From Verrucomicrobiia bacterium (GTDB lineage: Bacteria > Verrucomicrobiota > Verrucomicrobiia > Limisphaerales > UBA1100), in assembly GCA_014239365.1 (NCBI GenBank), contig JAAZZB010000044.1, forward strand, positions 133,320-197,319: a stretch of DNA of 64,000 nucleotides, written 5' to 3'. Both the position numbers and the translations under genes were made by a program. The notes under the pieces are model-generated. The model was not told the DNA's origin, did not search any database, and was given only the letters and a program-made list of their open reading frames with translations. Numbering within the stretch: position 1 is the first letter of the stretch; each line of letters opens with the position of its first letter. Shown here one piece after another: positions 40,906-49,988 of the stretch.

Positions 40906-40942
40906 CCTTGAAATCTCGGTGGTGTCCACCGAATTTTCAAGG
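40906..40942. repeat. 37-bp palindrome (family F copy 2)
   Basis: CCTTGAAATCTCGGTG-GTGTC-CACCGAATTTTCAAGG, 12 nt upstream of the ATPase start codon. Confidence 0.85.
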
Positions 40943-40960
40943 TAAATGATTTTGGGAAAT

Positions 40961-42508
40961 CTACTCTTTCAGTGAGGGAAACTCCGCCAGCACGCGTGCA
41001 TTGAAGGTGGCGGGCCAGCCTTCGTTGGATTGTTTGGGGCCGGGATTGGTGCGGCCGTTTCGGATGGCGGTGGCGAGGAGGGCGGCGAGTTCTTTGACGA
41101 GGTCGGGATGCTTGTCGCGGAGATTGGTTTTTTCTGCGGGGTCGCTTTCCAGATTATACAATTGCACGAGGTGGAGGGTTTTGCTTTTGAATGCGGCTGC
41201 CGGGCGGGGGCCGCTCCAGCCGCCGGAGCCGGGGCAGAGGGCGAGCTTCCACGGGCCGCGGCGGATGGCGAAGGAGCCGTTGATGGAATGATGGATAGTG
41301 AAGGGGCGTGCGGGTCGGTCGCTGGCTTTGCTGGTGAGGGCGGGGAGGAAGGAGAATGAATCCTCGGCGGCGCGGGCGGGGATGGCATCGAGCTTGCCGA
41401 GGATGTCGGCGAGGGTTGCGTAGAGGTCGGAGGTGCAAATGGTTTCGGCTGAGTTGGAGCCGGCTTTCACTTTGCCGGGCCAGCGGACGAGGAAGGGGGT
41501 GCGGTGGCCGCCTTCAAAAATGTCGGCTTTGTGTCCGCGCCAATGGGCGTTTGGCTTGTGGCCTTTTTTGACGAGTGCGGGAATCGAGGCAGCGGGTGAG
41601 CAGCCGTTGTCGGCGGTGAAGATGAGGATGGTGTTATCAGCGAGTTTTTGTTTGTCCAATTCGGCGAGAACTTCGCCGACGACCCAGTCAGTTTCCATCA
41701 GGAAATCGCCGTACTTGCCGATGGACGATTTGCCCTGCCATTTTTTCGACGGAACAATAGGCGTGTGCGGGCTGGTGAGCGGCAGGTACAGGAAGAAGGG
41801 CTTTTTGCTTTGGGCGCGTGAAGCAATATAGGCGCGGCTTTCGCGCGCAAAATCGATGAGGCAATTGATGGCCTCGAAATCCTCCGCCGCCGGGCCGGGC
41901 CGATGGAACGCTTTGGTGGTGTTGGCCCAGGTGGTGGGTTTGTCGTTTTTCAAATAGAGATACGGAAACATATCGAGCGAGGCGGGGATGATGTACGATT
42001 CATCAAAGCCCACCGCGAGCGGGCCGCCAGAAACTTTTTTATCGTAATCAATTTGCCAACCGTCGCCGCGTTGGGCGCCGGTTTTTGGCTTCCGCTTCTC
42101 GCCATTGGGCAGCAGTTGCCAGCCGAGCCCGAGATGCCATTTGCCGACCACCGCCGTGTGGTAGCCTTGCTTTTGCAAAAACCCCGGTACGGTCAGTCGC
42201 TTGCTTTCAATCAACGGCTCGGACATCCCCCACAAGACGCTTTTCTTCAACGTACTGCGCCAGTTGTATCGGCCCGTAAGAATTCCATAACGCGTCGGCG
42301 TGCAGACCGACGACGTCGTGTGCGAATCCGTGAACCGCATCCCCTCACGCGCCAAGCGATCGCAATGCGGCGTGGCTGCTTTGCCGCCCGCGTGCGCGAG
42401 GTCGCCATAGCCGAGGTCATCGGCGAGGATGTAAATGACGTTGGGTTTGTCCGCTGCATGAAGGGCGAAAACAGAAATGAACGGCAAAAGCAGTTTTCCA
42501 AAACGCAT
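40961..42508 (-). CDS. Sulfatase (arylsulfatase A-like)
   Basis: The ATG at 42508 gives MRFGKLLLPFISVFALHA; an alternative ATG is at 42523. PNVIYILADDLGYGDL. FGly motif CTPTRYGILTGRY. It is colinear with, and appears paralogous to, the 8412-9956 sulfatase. Confidence 0.9.
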   Translation of the reverse strand: MRFGKLLLPFISVFALHAADKPNVIYILADDLGYGDLAHAGGKAATPHCDRLAREGMRFTDSHTTSSVCTPTRYGILTGRYNWRSTLKKSVLWGMSEPLIESKRLTVPGFLQKQGYHTAVVGKWHLGLGWQLLPNGEKRKPKTGAQRGDGWQIDYDKKVSGGPLAVGFDESYIIPASLDMFPYLYLKNDKPTTWANTTKAFHRPGPAAEDFEAINCLIDFARESRAYIASRAQSKKPFFLYLPLTSPHTPIVPSKKWQGKSSIGKYGDFLMETDWVVGEVLAELDKQKLADNTILIFTADNGCSPAASIPALVKKGHKPNAHWRGHKADIFEGGHRTPFLVRWPGKVKAGSNSAETICTSDLYATLADILGKLDAIPARAAEDSFSFLPALTSKASDRPARPFTIHHSINGSFAIRRGPWKLALCPGSGGWSGPRPAAAFKSKTLHLVQLYNLESDPAEKTNLRDKHPDLVKELAALLATAIRNGRTNPGPKQSNEGWPATFNARVLAEFPSLKE

Positions 42509-42635
42509 GCTGCTGACTACCATATTCGCACTCGAGACACAAGCGATGGGAGGCGAAAAACCGGAGCGAACAATTAAGCGATCCGTCTAATCACGGATTG
42601 CAAACTCACATTCAGTCAGGCAAAGAGGAAAAACA

Positions 42636-43142
42636 ATGAGCATCTTAGAGAATAAAAAAGCAACGACAGTGCTGTAGCTCGGCCTGTTTGGCATCATTGC
42701 GTTGGTTGCATTGGCCGGAGTGGGTCGACCGGCAAAGGCAGCGAAGGCAGCAAATTCATTCACGATTGTGGCCAAAGTGTACTACCGCGTTTCGGATACG
42801 CGGCCGATGTTGCCCGTCAAAGTGTTGCGAATGAATGTGAGTATGGCGCGTGGGCCGGTAAGGGAAATCGAACGCAAACCCATTGTGGCCGAGGCCAAGT
42901 TTGCCGATCTTACTTTTCGGCTGGAGAACCATCACCACGGCAGCATCATTGCCGACGTCATCGACAACCGCACCGGCAAACAAATATCGCGTCGGCTGTG
43001 GCAGTTCGGCAAACCACCCGGAAACACCTTCGGCGGATCCGACCAAGGCTTCACTTGATTAATTTATGTCAATCACCCTGAGTCCGATGCCGAGATGCAG
43101 TTCATTTGTTATCAGGCCAAGAAAGGCCAGAAGAAGGAATAA
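42636..43142 (+). pseudogene. Small exported-protein gene interrupted by two in-frame stops
   Basis: AGAGGA-N7-ATG (42636) opens MSILENKKATTVL, then TAG (42675-42677). The same frame continues with LGLFGIIALVALAGVG (a signal/anchor h-region)...GGSDQGFT. TGA follows at 43056-43058, then LIYVNHPESDAEMQFICYQAKKGQKKE and TAA (43140-43142). G+C is locally low. Confidence 0.4.
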
Positions 43143-43173
43143 ATCCCAAAGCCAATATTCCGAATATTTTTTG

Positions 43174-43226
43174 GGCACGCGGTATCTTCAAAACCGCCTT
43201 GGCGCGCTCGGAGGCCACGCCCTACC
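43174..43226. repeat. Family D-related element, copy 3 (reverse orientation, lacks closing stem)
   Basis: The minus-strand reading GGTAGGGCGTGGCCTCCGAGCGCGCCAAGGCGGTTTTGAAGATACCGC matches copy 2 (33755-33808) over ~40 nt. It overlaps the stop codon of the BNR gene. Confidence 0.55.
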
Positions 43227-44412
43227 TTGGAGCTAAGAGTTTCAAGCGGCCGAGTTGCACACGGTTCGCATCGGTCCACGTGATCCACAAGTAGCCGCTG
43301 CTCACTACTGCTTGGGGCATTCCGCTGGAGCGGGCGGCGTTGATGGGGGCGAGGGTGGTTTTGCGGATGAGTTTTCCGCGGTGGGAAACTTGGGCGAGTT
43401 GGAGGGTGGTTTGTTTTTCTTTTTGGCCAATCCAGATGGTGAAGACGGTGTCCTTTGTGCAAACGGTGGTGCAGCGGCCGGTGGGGTTGTTGGCGTCGAG
43501 GATGAGGTCGCGGCCAGACTTTGGTTTGTCGGTTTTTGAAAGGCGAAGAATGACTTGGGCTTTGTTATGGGTGACGGTGTAGCGGCTGATGGCGATGAGG
43601 TTTCCGTGGGTGGCGATGCTGGCGCCGTTGACGGGGCAGGCGGGGAAGAACCAGTTGTCGGCTTTGATGATCGCGGGTTTTGTCCACTCAGTTTTGATCG
43701 CGCGCGTGAAGGCGATGTCGCGGATTTCTTTGGGCGAGCGGTCGCGGTAGATGACCATTGGGCCGGTGGGGAGCGGGGCGGCGGCGGTGGGGCAGCAAGT
43801 GCAAACGTCTTCATCGAGCACGCGCTCATCTTTGATTTTGTTGCCTTCGAGGATGGCGGTGCGGAGCATCATCTTACCGCCCTTCTTCGCCATCGCGCGG
43901 CCGTCGAGCCAGAAGGCGCGCACGTGTTTGCCTTCGGGTGCGAAGGAGACGAAGCCGTGCTCGGTGGGGCTTACGTCGTCGTGCAGCCAACCCATCGGCT
44001 GCCAAGTTTTTCCGTGGTCGGTGGAGCGCACAATGCGGATTCCGTAGGCGTAAGTTTTGCTACTGATGCGGTCGAGCCAATGCGCGTAGAGATCGCCCGA
44101 GGGCGCTGCGATGACCGATGGGATGTCGGCCCAGTTGGCGAACATTTGTTTTGAGGTTGCCACGGTACGGGGCGTGTCGAAGGCTTTGCCATTCCAAGTT
44201 GCCACGCGCACGCTTGAGGTGCGATCGCGGTTGCGTTCAATCCAGCTAAGCATGAATTGATTTCCGAATGTGCAAAGGTTGGGCGCCAAAGAGCCGACGG
44301 CGGCGGGAGTTTTTATCAACTCAAATGCTGAGGGCGCAGCACTGCGAGCCATGTCCGGCGACGCGAGCCACGCGGCTGTGATGATTATTGTGAGTTTTTG
44401 CCCTATATTCAT
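43222..44412 (-). CDS. BNR/Asp-box repeat protein (sialidase-like beta-propeller)
   Basis: The ATG at 44412 gives MNIGQKLTIIITAAWLASPDMARSA. Asp-box motif STDHGKTW. The ORF is open to 44466, through palindrome copy 6. Confidence 0.65.
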   Translation of the reverse strand: MNIGQKLTIIITAAWLASPDMARSAAPSAFELIKTPAAVGSLAPNLCTFGNQFMLSWIERNRDRTSSVRVATWNGKAFDTPRTVATSKQMFANWADIPSVIAAPSGDLYAHWLDRISSKTYAYGIRIVRSTDHGKTWQPMGWLHDDVSPTEHGFVSFAPEGKHVRAFWLDGRAMAKKGGKMMLRTAILEGNKIKDERVLDEDVCTCCPTAAAPLPTGPMVIYRDRSPKEIRDIAFTRAIKTEWTKPAIIKADNWFFPACPVNGASIATHGNLIAISRYTVTHNKAQVILRLSKTDKPKSGRDLILDANNPTGRCTTVCTKDTVFTIWIGQKEKQTTLQLAQVSHRGKLIRKTTLAPINAARSSGMPQAVVSSGYLWITWTDANRVQLGRLKLLAPR

Positions 44413-44436
44413 TTCGTTAATTAGTTTAAGGCGCGG

Positions 44437-44513
44437 CGGACTCGCAAGCTCGTCCCTCCAAGCCATCGTGTTTGCGTTTGTGCCTTGGCTGGAGGGGCGA
44501 GCTTGCGAGTCCG
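44437..44513. repeat. Family A palindrome copy 6
   Basis: CGGACTCGCAAGCTCGTCCCTCCA (44437-44460), 29-nt loop, TGGAGGGGCGAGCTTGCGAGTCCG (44490-44513). Lies between the sppA stop (44524) and the BNR gene start (44412). Confidence 0.9.
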
Positions 44514-44523
44514 AAACTGGCGC

Positions 44524-46377
44524 TTACCGAATCCGGAAATTCATTGGCTGGAGCATCCACATTTTCATGACCCTCGGGCGGGCCTTGGTTTGGCGGGCGT
44601 TGCGGAGGAGGAATTCGAGGGGTTTGGTGTCGATGCCGAGGGCGTTTAATTTGTTGAGTTGCTTGATGAGTTTGCCGTGGAAAATTTCGTCCTCGTCGTC
44701 GCCGAGCAATCCGGAAAGGTCGAGGCCGGTGCTGGGTTTGGGGAGGTGTTTGATTTCCGCTGCGTCTGCTGCATCGAGTTTCGCCTTGGCGCGGATGTAG
44801 TCGATGCCGGCGGTCAGTCCGCCAATCTGGTCGATGAGCCCCAACTCCTTTGCTTGCGCACCGGTCCACACGCGACCGCCGGCGAGCGATTTGAGTTTCT
44901 CAACGGGAATGCCGCGCGCCTTGCTTACGCGATTCAAAAACAAGTCGTAGACGGCATCCACATGAACCTGCATCTTTTGCGTTTCCTCCTCGGTCCATGG
45001 TTTGCCCATTTGCATTTGGCGCGCGGCATCGTCGATGGCTACAGTTTCCATGTTGACGCCCACGCGGCGCATGAGCGTGTCGAAGCTGAGTTGCATTCCG
45101 AAGACGCCAATGGAGCCGGTGATGGTATCGGCATCGGCATAGATGGGTGCCTTCACGCACGCGACAAGGTAACCGCCCGACGCGGCGACATCGCTCATTG
45201 AAAAAACAATTGGCTTCTTCGCCGCGAGATTGGCGAGTGCCACGCGAATGTTTTCACTGGCCGTCGCGCTGCCACCGGGTGAGTTGATGCGGAGCACGAC
45301 GCCTTTCACTTGGTCGTCATCGCGCAATGCGTTGAGGGCCGCAACGGTTGGGCCGTCGATGATTTGGCCCGCGCTTGCTTTTTGGCCGTCCATTATTTCG
45401 CCGGCGAGATGGTATACCACAATCGTGGGTTTGGTGTGCTTGTCGCTCTTGTCGTTGCTGCCCGCGAGTGCTTTGAATAAATCGGTGAGCCCGAACGATT
45501 TCGGTTTCTTTTTCTTCGGCTCGCCCCATTTCACGTCGCCGCCCTTGCCGGCGATGTGCTTGGCGATGGCTTCGCGCATGCGGCCGGGTTCCACCAGTTT
45601 ATCAATCAAGCCATGCTTCTTCGCCGTGGCCGGCAACATCAGGCGGTTCATCTGCAACTGCCGCACCTCCTTGAGGGTCAACTTTCGGCCGCTAGCGATT
45701 TGCGCTACGGCGGCATCATTCATCGAGGTCAAAAGATTTTCATAATGCTTGCGCAGATGCACGGACATCGACGAGCGCGTGAAGGGCTCCACCGCGCCCT
45801 TGAAATCGCCCGCGCGAATTGCCATCACGTTCACGCCCACGAGGTTGAAGAGGTCCTTATAAAAAGTGTGGGCCATCGTGGCCGATGGAATATCCACCAT
45901 GCCATCGCTCGACATAAAAATTTCATCACACGCCGAGGCCACGCAAAGCCCTGCTGTGTCAACGGAGGTAATCCACGCGATGGTCTTGATGCCCGCTGCC
46001 TCCAGCTTGGCAATGTGCTGCGCGAAATCACGGCGCTGCACGGGGCTTAATGAAAACGGCTGCGACAAATCCAGCACGAGGTAATCCACCTCCTTCGCTT
46101 TTGCCAAACTATCGATGTGCTCGGTGAGTTTGAAATATGATTTCGAACTCAAGCCGCCGCCCATTACAAGCGAAGTCAAGTCGAGCGACGAGGACGGCAT
46201 TTCCGAATACGCCCCGCGCAAAGTGAGGTGATGGATTTGGGTGCGTTGCAGTTCAGCGGGTTTAGCCGGATCCGCTTTTTCTTTCACTGCCGCCGGCGTG
46301 GTGGTGGGATTCAACAAGCAAAGGAAAAGGCCACAAATAATTGCGGTCCAAACCGGGGTTTGATTTTGTTTTTTCAT
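44524..46377 (-). CDS. sppA: Signal peptide peptidase SppA (67K type, S49 family)
   Basis: Two S49 halves. INSPGGSATASE and DVAASGGYLVAC are catalytic-region motifs. One N-terminal TM segment. Confidence 0.85.
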   Translation of the reverse strand: MKKQNQTPVWTAIICGLFLCLLNPTTTPAAVKEKADPAKPAELQRTQIHHLTLRGAYSEMPSSSLDLTSLVMGGGLSSKSYFKLTEHIDSLAKAKEVDYLVLDLSQPFSLSPVQRRDFAQHIAKLEAAGIKTIAWITSVDTAGLCVASACDEIFMSSDGMVDIPSATMAHTFYKDLFNLVGVNVMAIRAGDFKGAVEPFTRSSMSVHLRKHYENLLTSMNDAAVAQIASGRKLTLKEVRQLQMNRLMLPATAKKHGLIDKLVEPGRMREAIAKHIAGKGGDVKWGEPKKKKPKSFGLTDLFKALAGSNDKSDKHTKPTIVVYHLAGEIMDGQKASAGQIIDGPTVAALNALRDDDQVKGVVLRINSPGGSATASENIRVALANLAAKKPIVFSMSDVAASGGYLVACVKAPIYADADTITGSIGVFGMQLSFDTLMRRVGVNMETVAIDDAARQMQMGKPWTEEETQKMQVHVDAVYDLFLNRVSKARGIPVEKLKSLAGGRVWTGAQAKELGLIDQIGGLTAGIDYIRAKAKLDAADAAEIKHLPKPSTGLDLSGLLGDDEDEIFHGKLIKQLNKLNALGIDTKPLEFLLRNARQTKARPRVMKMWMLQPMNFRIR

Positions 46378-46678
46378 CGATTCAGTTGTTCAGTGGGTTG
46401 GTTGAATGCGGGGCAAAACAGTGGCCACCGCATTACGGTATGATTTCAGTATACAAAATTTCCAGCAATTGGTTACAGCTTACGCTGAAGAAAATGGGCC
46501 AAACGCGGATACGATGGAAATCCTGGCCCGCGCCGCCCCAAAAATCAAGGCCGCAACCGCAAAACAACTGGGGATGGCGATGGCCTTGCCGAGGGATGGT
46601 AGGGCGGTTTCTCTGAAACCATCTTGGCGCGGCCTGCCTTGAGTTGCCATTCCTTTCTGGCGCAGTTACAAATTGCCG

Positions 46679-48613
46679 ATGCGATTCCTTTTTTCATTGT
46701 TGGCGATGTGTGCCGTGTTGCGTGCGGCGGAGCAGCCGAATATTCTCTGGATTACCGCCGAGGATATGAGCGCGACGTTGGGTTGCTACGGCGACAAATA
46801 TGCGACCACGCCGAACATCGACCAGCTCGCCACGGAGAGTGTGCGGTATACGAAGGCGTTTGCGAGTGCGCCGGTTTGTTCGCCTTCGCGGTCGTGTTTG
46901 ATTACGGGGTGTTATCCCACGTCGCTCTCCACGCAACAGATGCGCTCGGGGTTTGCGATTCCCAAAACGATGCGCGGGTTTCCAGCATTGCTCCGGGCGC
47001 GTGGGTTTTACACGAGCAACAACGTGAAGACCGATTACAACACCGGCAACTATGCTGACATCATTAAACACTCGTGGGACGAAAGCAGTGCCACCGCGCA
47101 TTGGCGCAAGCGCGACGACAAGGCGCGGCCGTTCTTTAGCATTTTTAATCTGATGACCTCGCATCAAAGCCGCACGATGGTTTGGCCGTACGCGAAATTC
47201 AAAACCGAAGTGCAAAGCAAACTTTCGCCCAGCGAAATTCACGATCCGGCCAAGGCGACGTTGCCGCCGTATTATCCGGACACACCGCTCATCCGCCGCG
47301 AGGTCGCGCGCTTTTACGATTGCGTCACGGCGATGGACAAAGAGGTCGGCGCAATCCTGCAACAACTCGCCGACGATGGCCTTGCCGAAAACACCATCGT
47401 CTTTTTCTACAGCGATCACGGCAGCGGAATGCCCCGCCACAAACGCGCTTTGCTCGACAGCGGCATGCACGTGCCGCTGATGATTCGCTTCCCAAAAAAA
47501 TGGCAACACCTCGCCCCCGCCAAACCCGGCACCACCACCGACCGCCTTGTGAGCTTTGTCGATTATGCCCCCACCGTTCTCAGCCTCACCGGCACGCCCA
47601 TCCCCGAGGCGATGCAGGGCCGAGCATTCCTCGGCGCAAAAAATACGCAACCGCGCCGGTACGTTTACGGCCATCGCGACCGCGTCGATGAAGTGCGCGA
47701 CCTCGCCCGCTCCGTGCGCGATGGTCGCTATCTTTACATCCGAAATTATATGCCGCACCTCGGTTATAATCAACCGACCGTGTGGCCCGACAACGGCGAA
47801 ATCCGCCACGAATTTTATCGCTTGGTTGAGCAAGACACAATAAATGACATAACCGATTTTACCGCCGCCCAATGGCACTTCGTCGCCCCCACGCGCCCTG
47901 TTGAGGAGTTGTACGATTGCCAAGCCGACCCTCAAAACCTCAAGAACCTCGCCGACTCAAAGGCACATCAAAAAACCCTCAACCGACTTCGCAAAGCGCA
48001 CCGCGAACACATTACCCAAACCGTAGACCTCGGCTTCCTCCCCGAAAGTGAGGCGTGGGAACTGTTCCGCAAAAAACCCGGTTGGGAGCTTGGCCAAAAC
48101 GGCAAGGTGAAAATGGGCCCCATAATAAACGCCGCCGCGCAAGTGGGCACCGCCGATGAAGCAACCCTCGTCAAAAATCTCGCCTCGCCCAACGCCAGCG
48201 TCCGCTACTGGGCCGTCATCGCTCTCGCACACCGCGCCCATTCCGTCCGCTACGGATTGAGGTTCGAAGGCAAACAGGCCCTCATCAAAGCGCTGGCCGA
48301 TCCCTCCCCCGCCGTCCGCATCGAGACTGCCGGTCTACTGGCGCGCACCGATGACCCCCGCCCCGCACTCCGCGCATTGATCAAAGATCTCGCCCACGAA
48401 AACCTAATCATCGTCACCCACGCCGCCCGCACCATCGAGCTCCTCGGCGACACGGCCCGCGCCGCCAAAACCCCAATGGCCGCCGCCCTCATCCGAGCCG
48501 AAAAAATCCGTCCCCCCAACACCCCCGCCACCATCGTCCTCCCCGGCGACAAAGACCTCGCCATGTTCGTCGCCTTCAGCTGCCGCGCATTTTTGAAGGG
48601 ATTGAAAAAGTAA
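46679..48613 (+). CDS. Sulfatase with C-terminal HEAT-repeat domain
   Basis: Signal peptide MRFLFSLLAMCAVLRAAE and PNILWITAEDMS. FGly motif CSPSRSCLITGCY. The C-terminal PNASVRYWAVIALA / PSPAVRIETAGLLA segments are HEAT-like repeats. A TTG lies 6 nt upstream at 46673. Confidence 0.9.
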   Translation: MRFLFSLLAMCAVLRAAEQPNILWITAEDMSATLGCYGDKYATTPNIDQLATESVRYTKAFASAPVCSPSRSCLITGCYPTSLSTQQMRSGFAIPKTMRGFPALLRARGFYTSNNVKTDYNTGNYADIIKHSWDESSATAHWRKRDDKARPFFSIFNLMTSHQSRTMVWPYAKFKTEVQSKLSPSEIHDPAKATLPPYYPDTPLIRREVARFYDCVTAMDKEVGAILQQLADDGLAENTIVFFYSDHGSGMPRHKRALLDSGMHVPLMIRFPKKWQHLAPAKPGTTTDRLVSFVDYAPTVLSLTGTPIPEAMQGRAFLGAKNTQPRRYVYGHRDRVDEVRDLARSVRDGRYLYIRNYMPHLGYNQPTVWPDNGEIRHEFYRLVEQDTINDITDFTAAQWHFVAPTRPVEELYDCQADPQNLKNLADSKAHQKTLNRLRKAHREHITQTVDLGFLPESEAWELFRKKPGWELGQNGKVKMGPIINAAAQVGTADEATLVKNLASPNASVRYWAVIALAHRAHSVRYGLRFEGKQALIKALADPSPAVRIETAGLLARTDDPRPALRALIKDLAHENLIIVTHAARTIELLGDTARAAKTPMAAALIRAEKIRPPNTPATIVLPGDKDLAMFVAFSCRAFLKGLKK

Positions 48614-48665
48614 ACGTGCAAGCCACGCCCTGCTGTGGTAGATTTCTCTTATGTCGGACTACAAA
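48516..48665 (+). repeat. 150-bp direct repeat R1 (sulfatase 3' end + spacer + first 5 codons of DUF433 gene)
   Basis: 148 of 150 nt are identical to 49268-49417, at a constant offset of 752 bp. Confidence 0.95.
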
Positions 48666-48878
48666 GAACGCATCACGACTGAGCCGGGAAAATGCGGGGG
48701 ACGCCCCTGCATCCGTGGCATGCGCATTCGCGTGAAGGACGTGCTCGGAATGCTCGCGGCGGGGATGTCTAAGGAGGAAATTCTCGATGATTTCCCAGAC
48801 CTCGAGCCGGAAGATATTCAGGCCAGTCTTGCGTACGCCACGGAATCGATGGATCACCCCGTTCTGACCGGTGGCTGA
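48651..48878 (+). CDS. DUF433 antitoxin-like protein (pair 1)
   Basis: ITTEPGKCGGRPCIRGMRIRVKDVLGMLAAGMSKEEILDDFPDLEPEDIQASLAYA is the DUF433 signature (GGxPxIxGxRIxV...ILxxYPxLxxEDIxAxLxYA). Confidence 0.8.
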   Translation: MSDYKERITTEPGKCGGRPCIRGMRIRVKDVLGMLAAGMSKEEILDDFPDLEPEDIQASLAYATESMDHPVLTGG

Positions 48879-49209
48879 GTTTCGTTTCATTGTGGATGCA
48901 CAGCTGCCTCCGGCATTGGCGCGGTGGATCGAGACAAGAGGCAATCAAGCTGTCGCCGTACGCGAACTTCAACTCCGGGATTCATCTGACGAAACGATTT
49001 GGAATCACGCCGTAGAGACCGGCGAGGTCATTATCACCAAAGACGAGGATTTTGCTGATCGCACTTGGCGGACAGAATCTGGCCCGCAAATAATTTGGTT
49101 GCGCATCGGCAACAGTGGCAACACCGTTCTGGTCAATTGGCTGACACCGTTGTGGCCGGAAATCCTTCGCAAACTGGAAATGCAACATCGCTTGATTGAG
49201 GTGCATTAA
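48871..49209 (+). CDS. DUF5615 (PIN-like, Mut7-C-related) toxin-like protein (pair 1)
   Basis: FIVDAQLPPALARWIETRGNQAVAV...SDETIWNHAVETGEVIITKDEDF is the typical DUF5615 partner of DUF433. Overlaps the upstream gene by 8 nt. Confidence 0.7.
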   Translation: MAEFRFIVDAQLPPALARWIETRGNQAVAVRELQLRDSSDETIWNHAVETGEVIITKDEDFADRTWRTESGPQIIWLRIGNSGNTVLVNWLTPLWPEILRKLEMQHRLIEVH

Positions 49210-49267
49210 ATGAAGTAACGTAAAGGCCGGATCAGTTTATATTTTCTGCTTTTGGTTTAGGCATTCA

Positions 49268-49417
49268 CCAACACCCCCGCCACCATCGTCCTCCCCGGCG
49301 ACAAAGACCTCGCCATGTTCGTCGCCTTCAGCTGCCGCGCGTTTTTGGAGGGATTGAAAAAGTAAACGTGCAAGCCACGCCCTGCTGTGGTAGATTTCTC
49401 TTATGTCGGACTACAAA
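49268..49417 (+). repeat. 150-bp direct repeat R2 (ghost copy of the sulfatase 3' end)
   Basis: Repeats the last 32 sulfatase codons, the stop, the 37-nt spacer and MSDYK. The only differences from R1 are A->G changes at 49340 and 49347. Confidence 0.95.
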
Positions 49418-49630
49418 AAACTAATCACAGTGGAACCCGGAAAGCGCGGCGGTCGTCCGTGTGTTCGTGGAATGCGCATCGCTGTTGCCGATGTGCTCGG
49501 TTGGCTTGCCGCCGGCATGAGCCACGCGGAAATCATCTCCGATTTTCCAGAATTGACCGAGGAAGACATCCTCGCTTGTTTGGCTTTTGCGGCGGATCGT
49601 GAGCAACTCACGCAAACGGCCTCTTCATGA
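49403..49630 (+). CDS. DUF433 antitoxin-like protein (pair 2)
   Basis: ITVEPGKRGGRPCVRGMRIAVADVLGWLAAGMSHAEIISDFPELTEEDILACLAFA. About 60% identical to the pair-1 protein by eye. Confidence 0.8.
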   Translation: MSDYKKLITVEPGKRGGRPCVRGMRIAVADVLGWLAAGMSHAEIISDFPELTEEDILACLAFAADREQLTQTASS

Positions 49631-49959
49631 AGTTGTTGTTTGACCAAAACCTCAGCCGCAAACTCTGCCCTCAACTCGACGATGTGTTCCCTGATTCGCA
49701 GCACGTTCTGCAACTGGGTTTGGACGCGGCCAACGACCTCACCATTTGGCAACACGCCCGCGACAACGGTATCGCCTTGGCCACGCAGGATGCCGATTAT
49801 GTCATCCTCGCCACATTGCACGGAGCCCCGCCCAAAATTCTGTGGCTCCGGTGCGGCAATCAGCCCACGCGAGCAATTGAACAACTGATTCGAACTCACA
49901 TCGAAAACATTCATCGATTTGAGCGCAGCCAAACAGGCATCGTTTTGGAAATCTATTAA
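49627..49959 (+). CDS. DUF5615 (PIN-like) toxin-like protein (pair 2)
   Basis: MKLLFDQNLSRKL...NDLTIWQHARDNGIALATQDADY. ATGA overlap with the DUF433 gene. Only weakly similar to the pair-1 toxin. Confidence 0.7.
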   Translation: MKLLFDQNLSRKLCPQLDDVFPDSQHVLQLGLDAANDLTIWQHARDNGIALATQDADYVILATLHGAPPKILWLRCGNQPTRAIEQLIRTHIENIHRFERSQTGIVLEIY

Positions 49960-49988
49960 TTCTACTCGTATTTCTGGACACTGGAGTC

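Noticed and set aside
46378-46678. Possible structured RNA or small genes (ORFs 46341-46616 and 46406-46642) in the divergent sppA/sulfatase spacer.
   Set aside because: I saw only a partial family D-like fragment (~46596-46620) and no convincing hairpins, conserved motifs or start contexts. It is most simply a divergent promoter region that I cannot resolve by eye.
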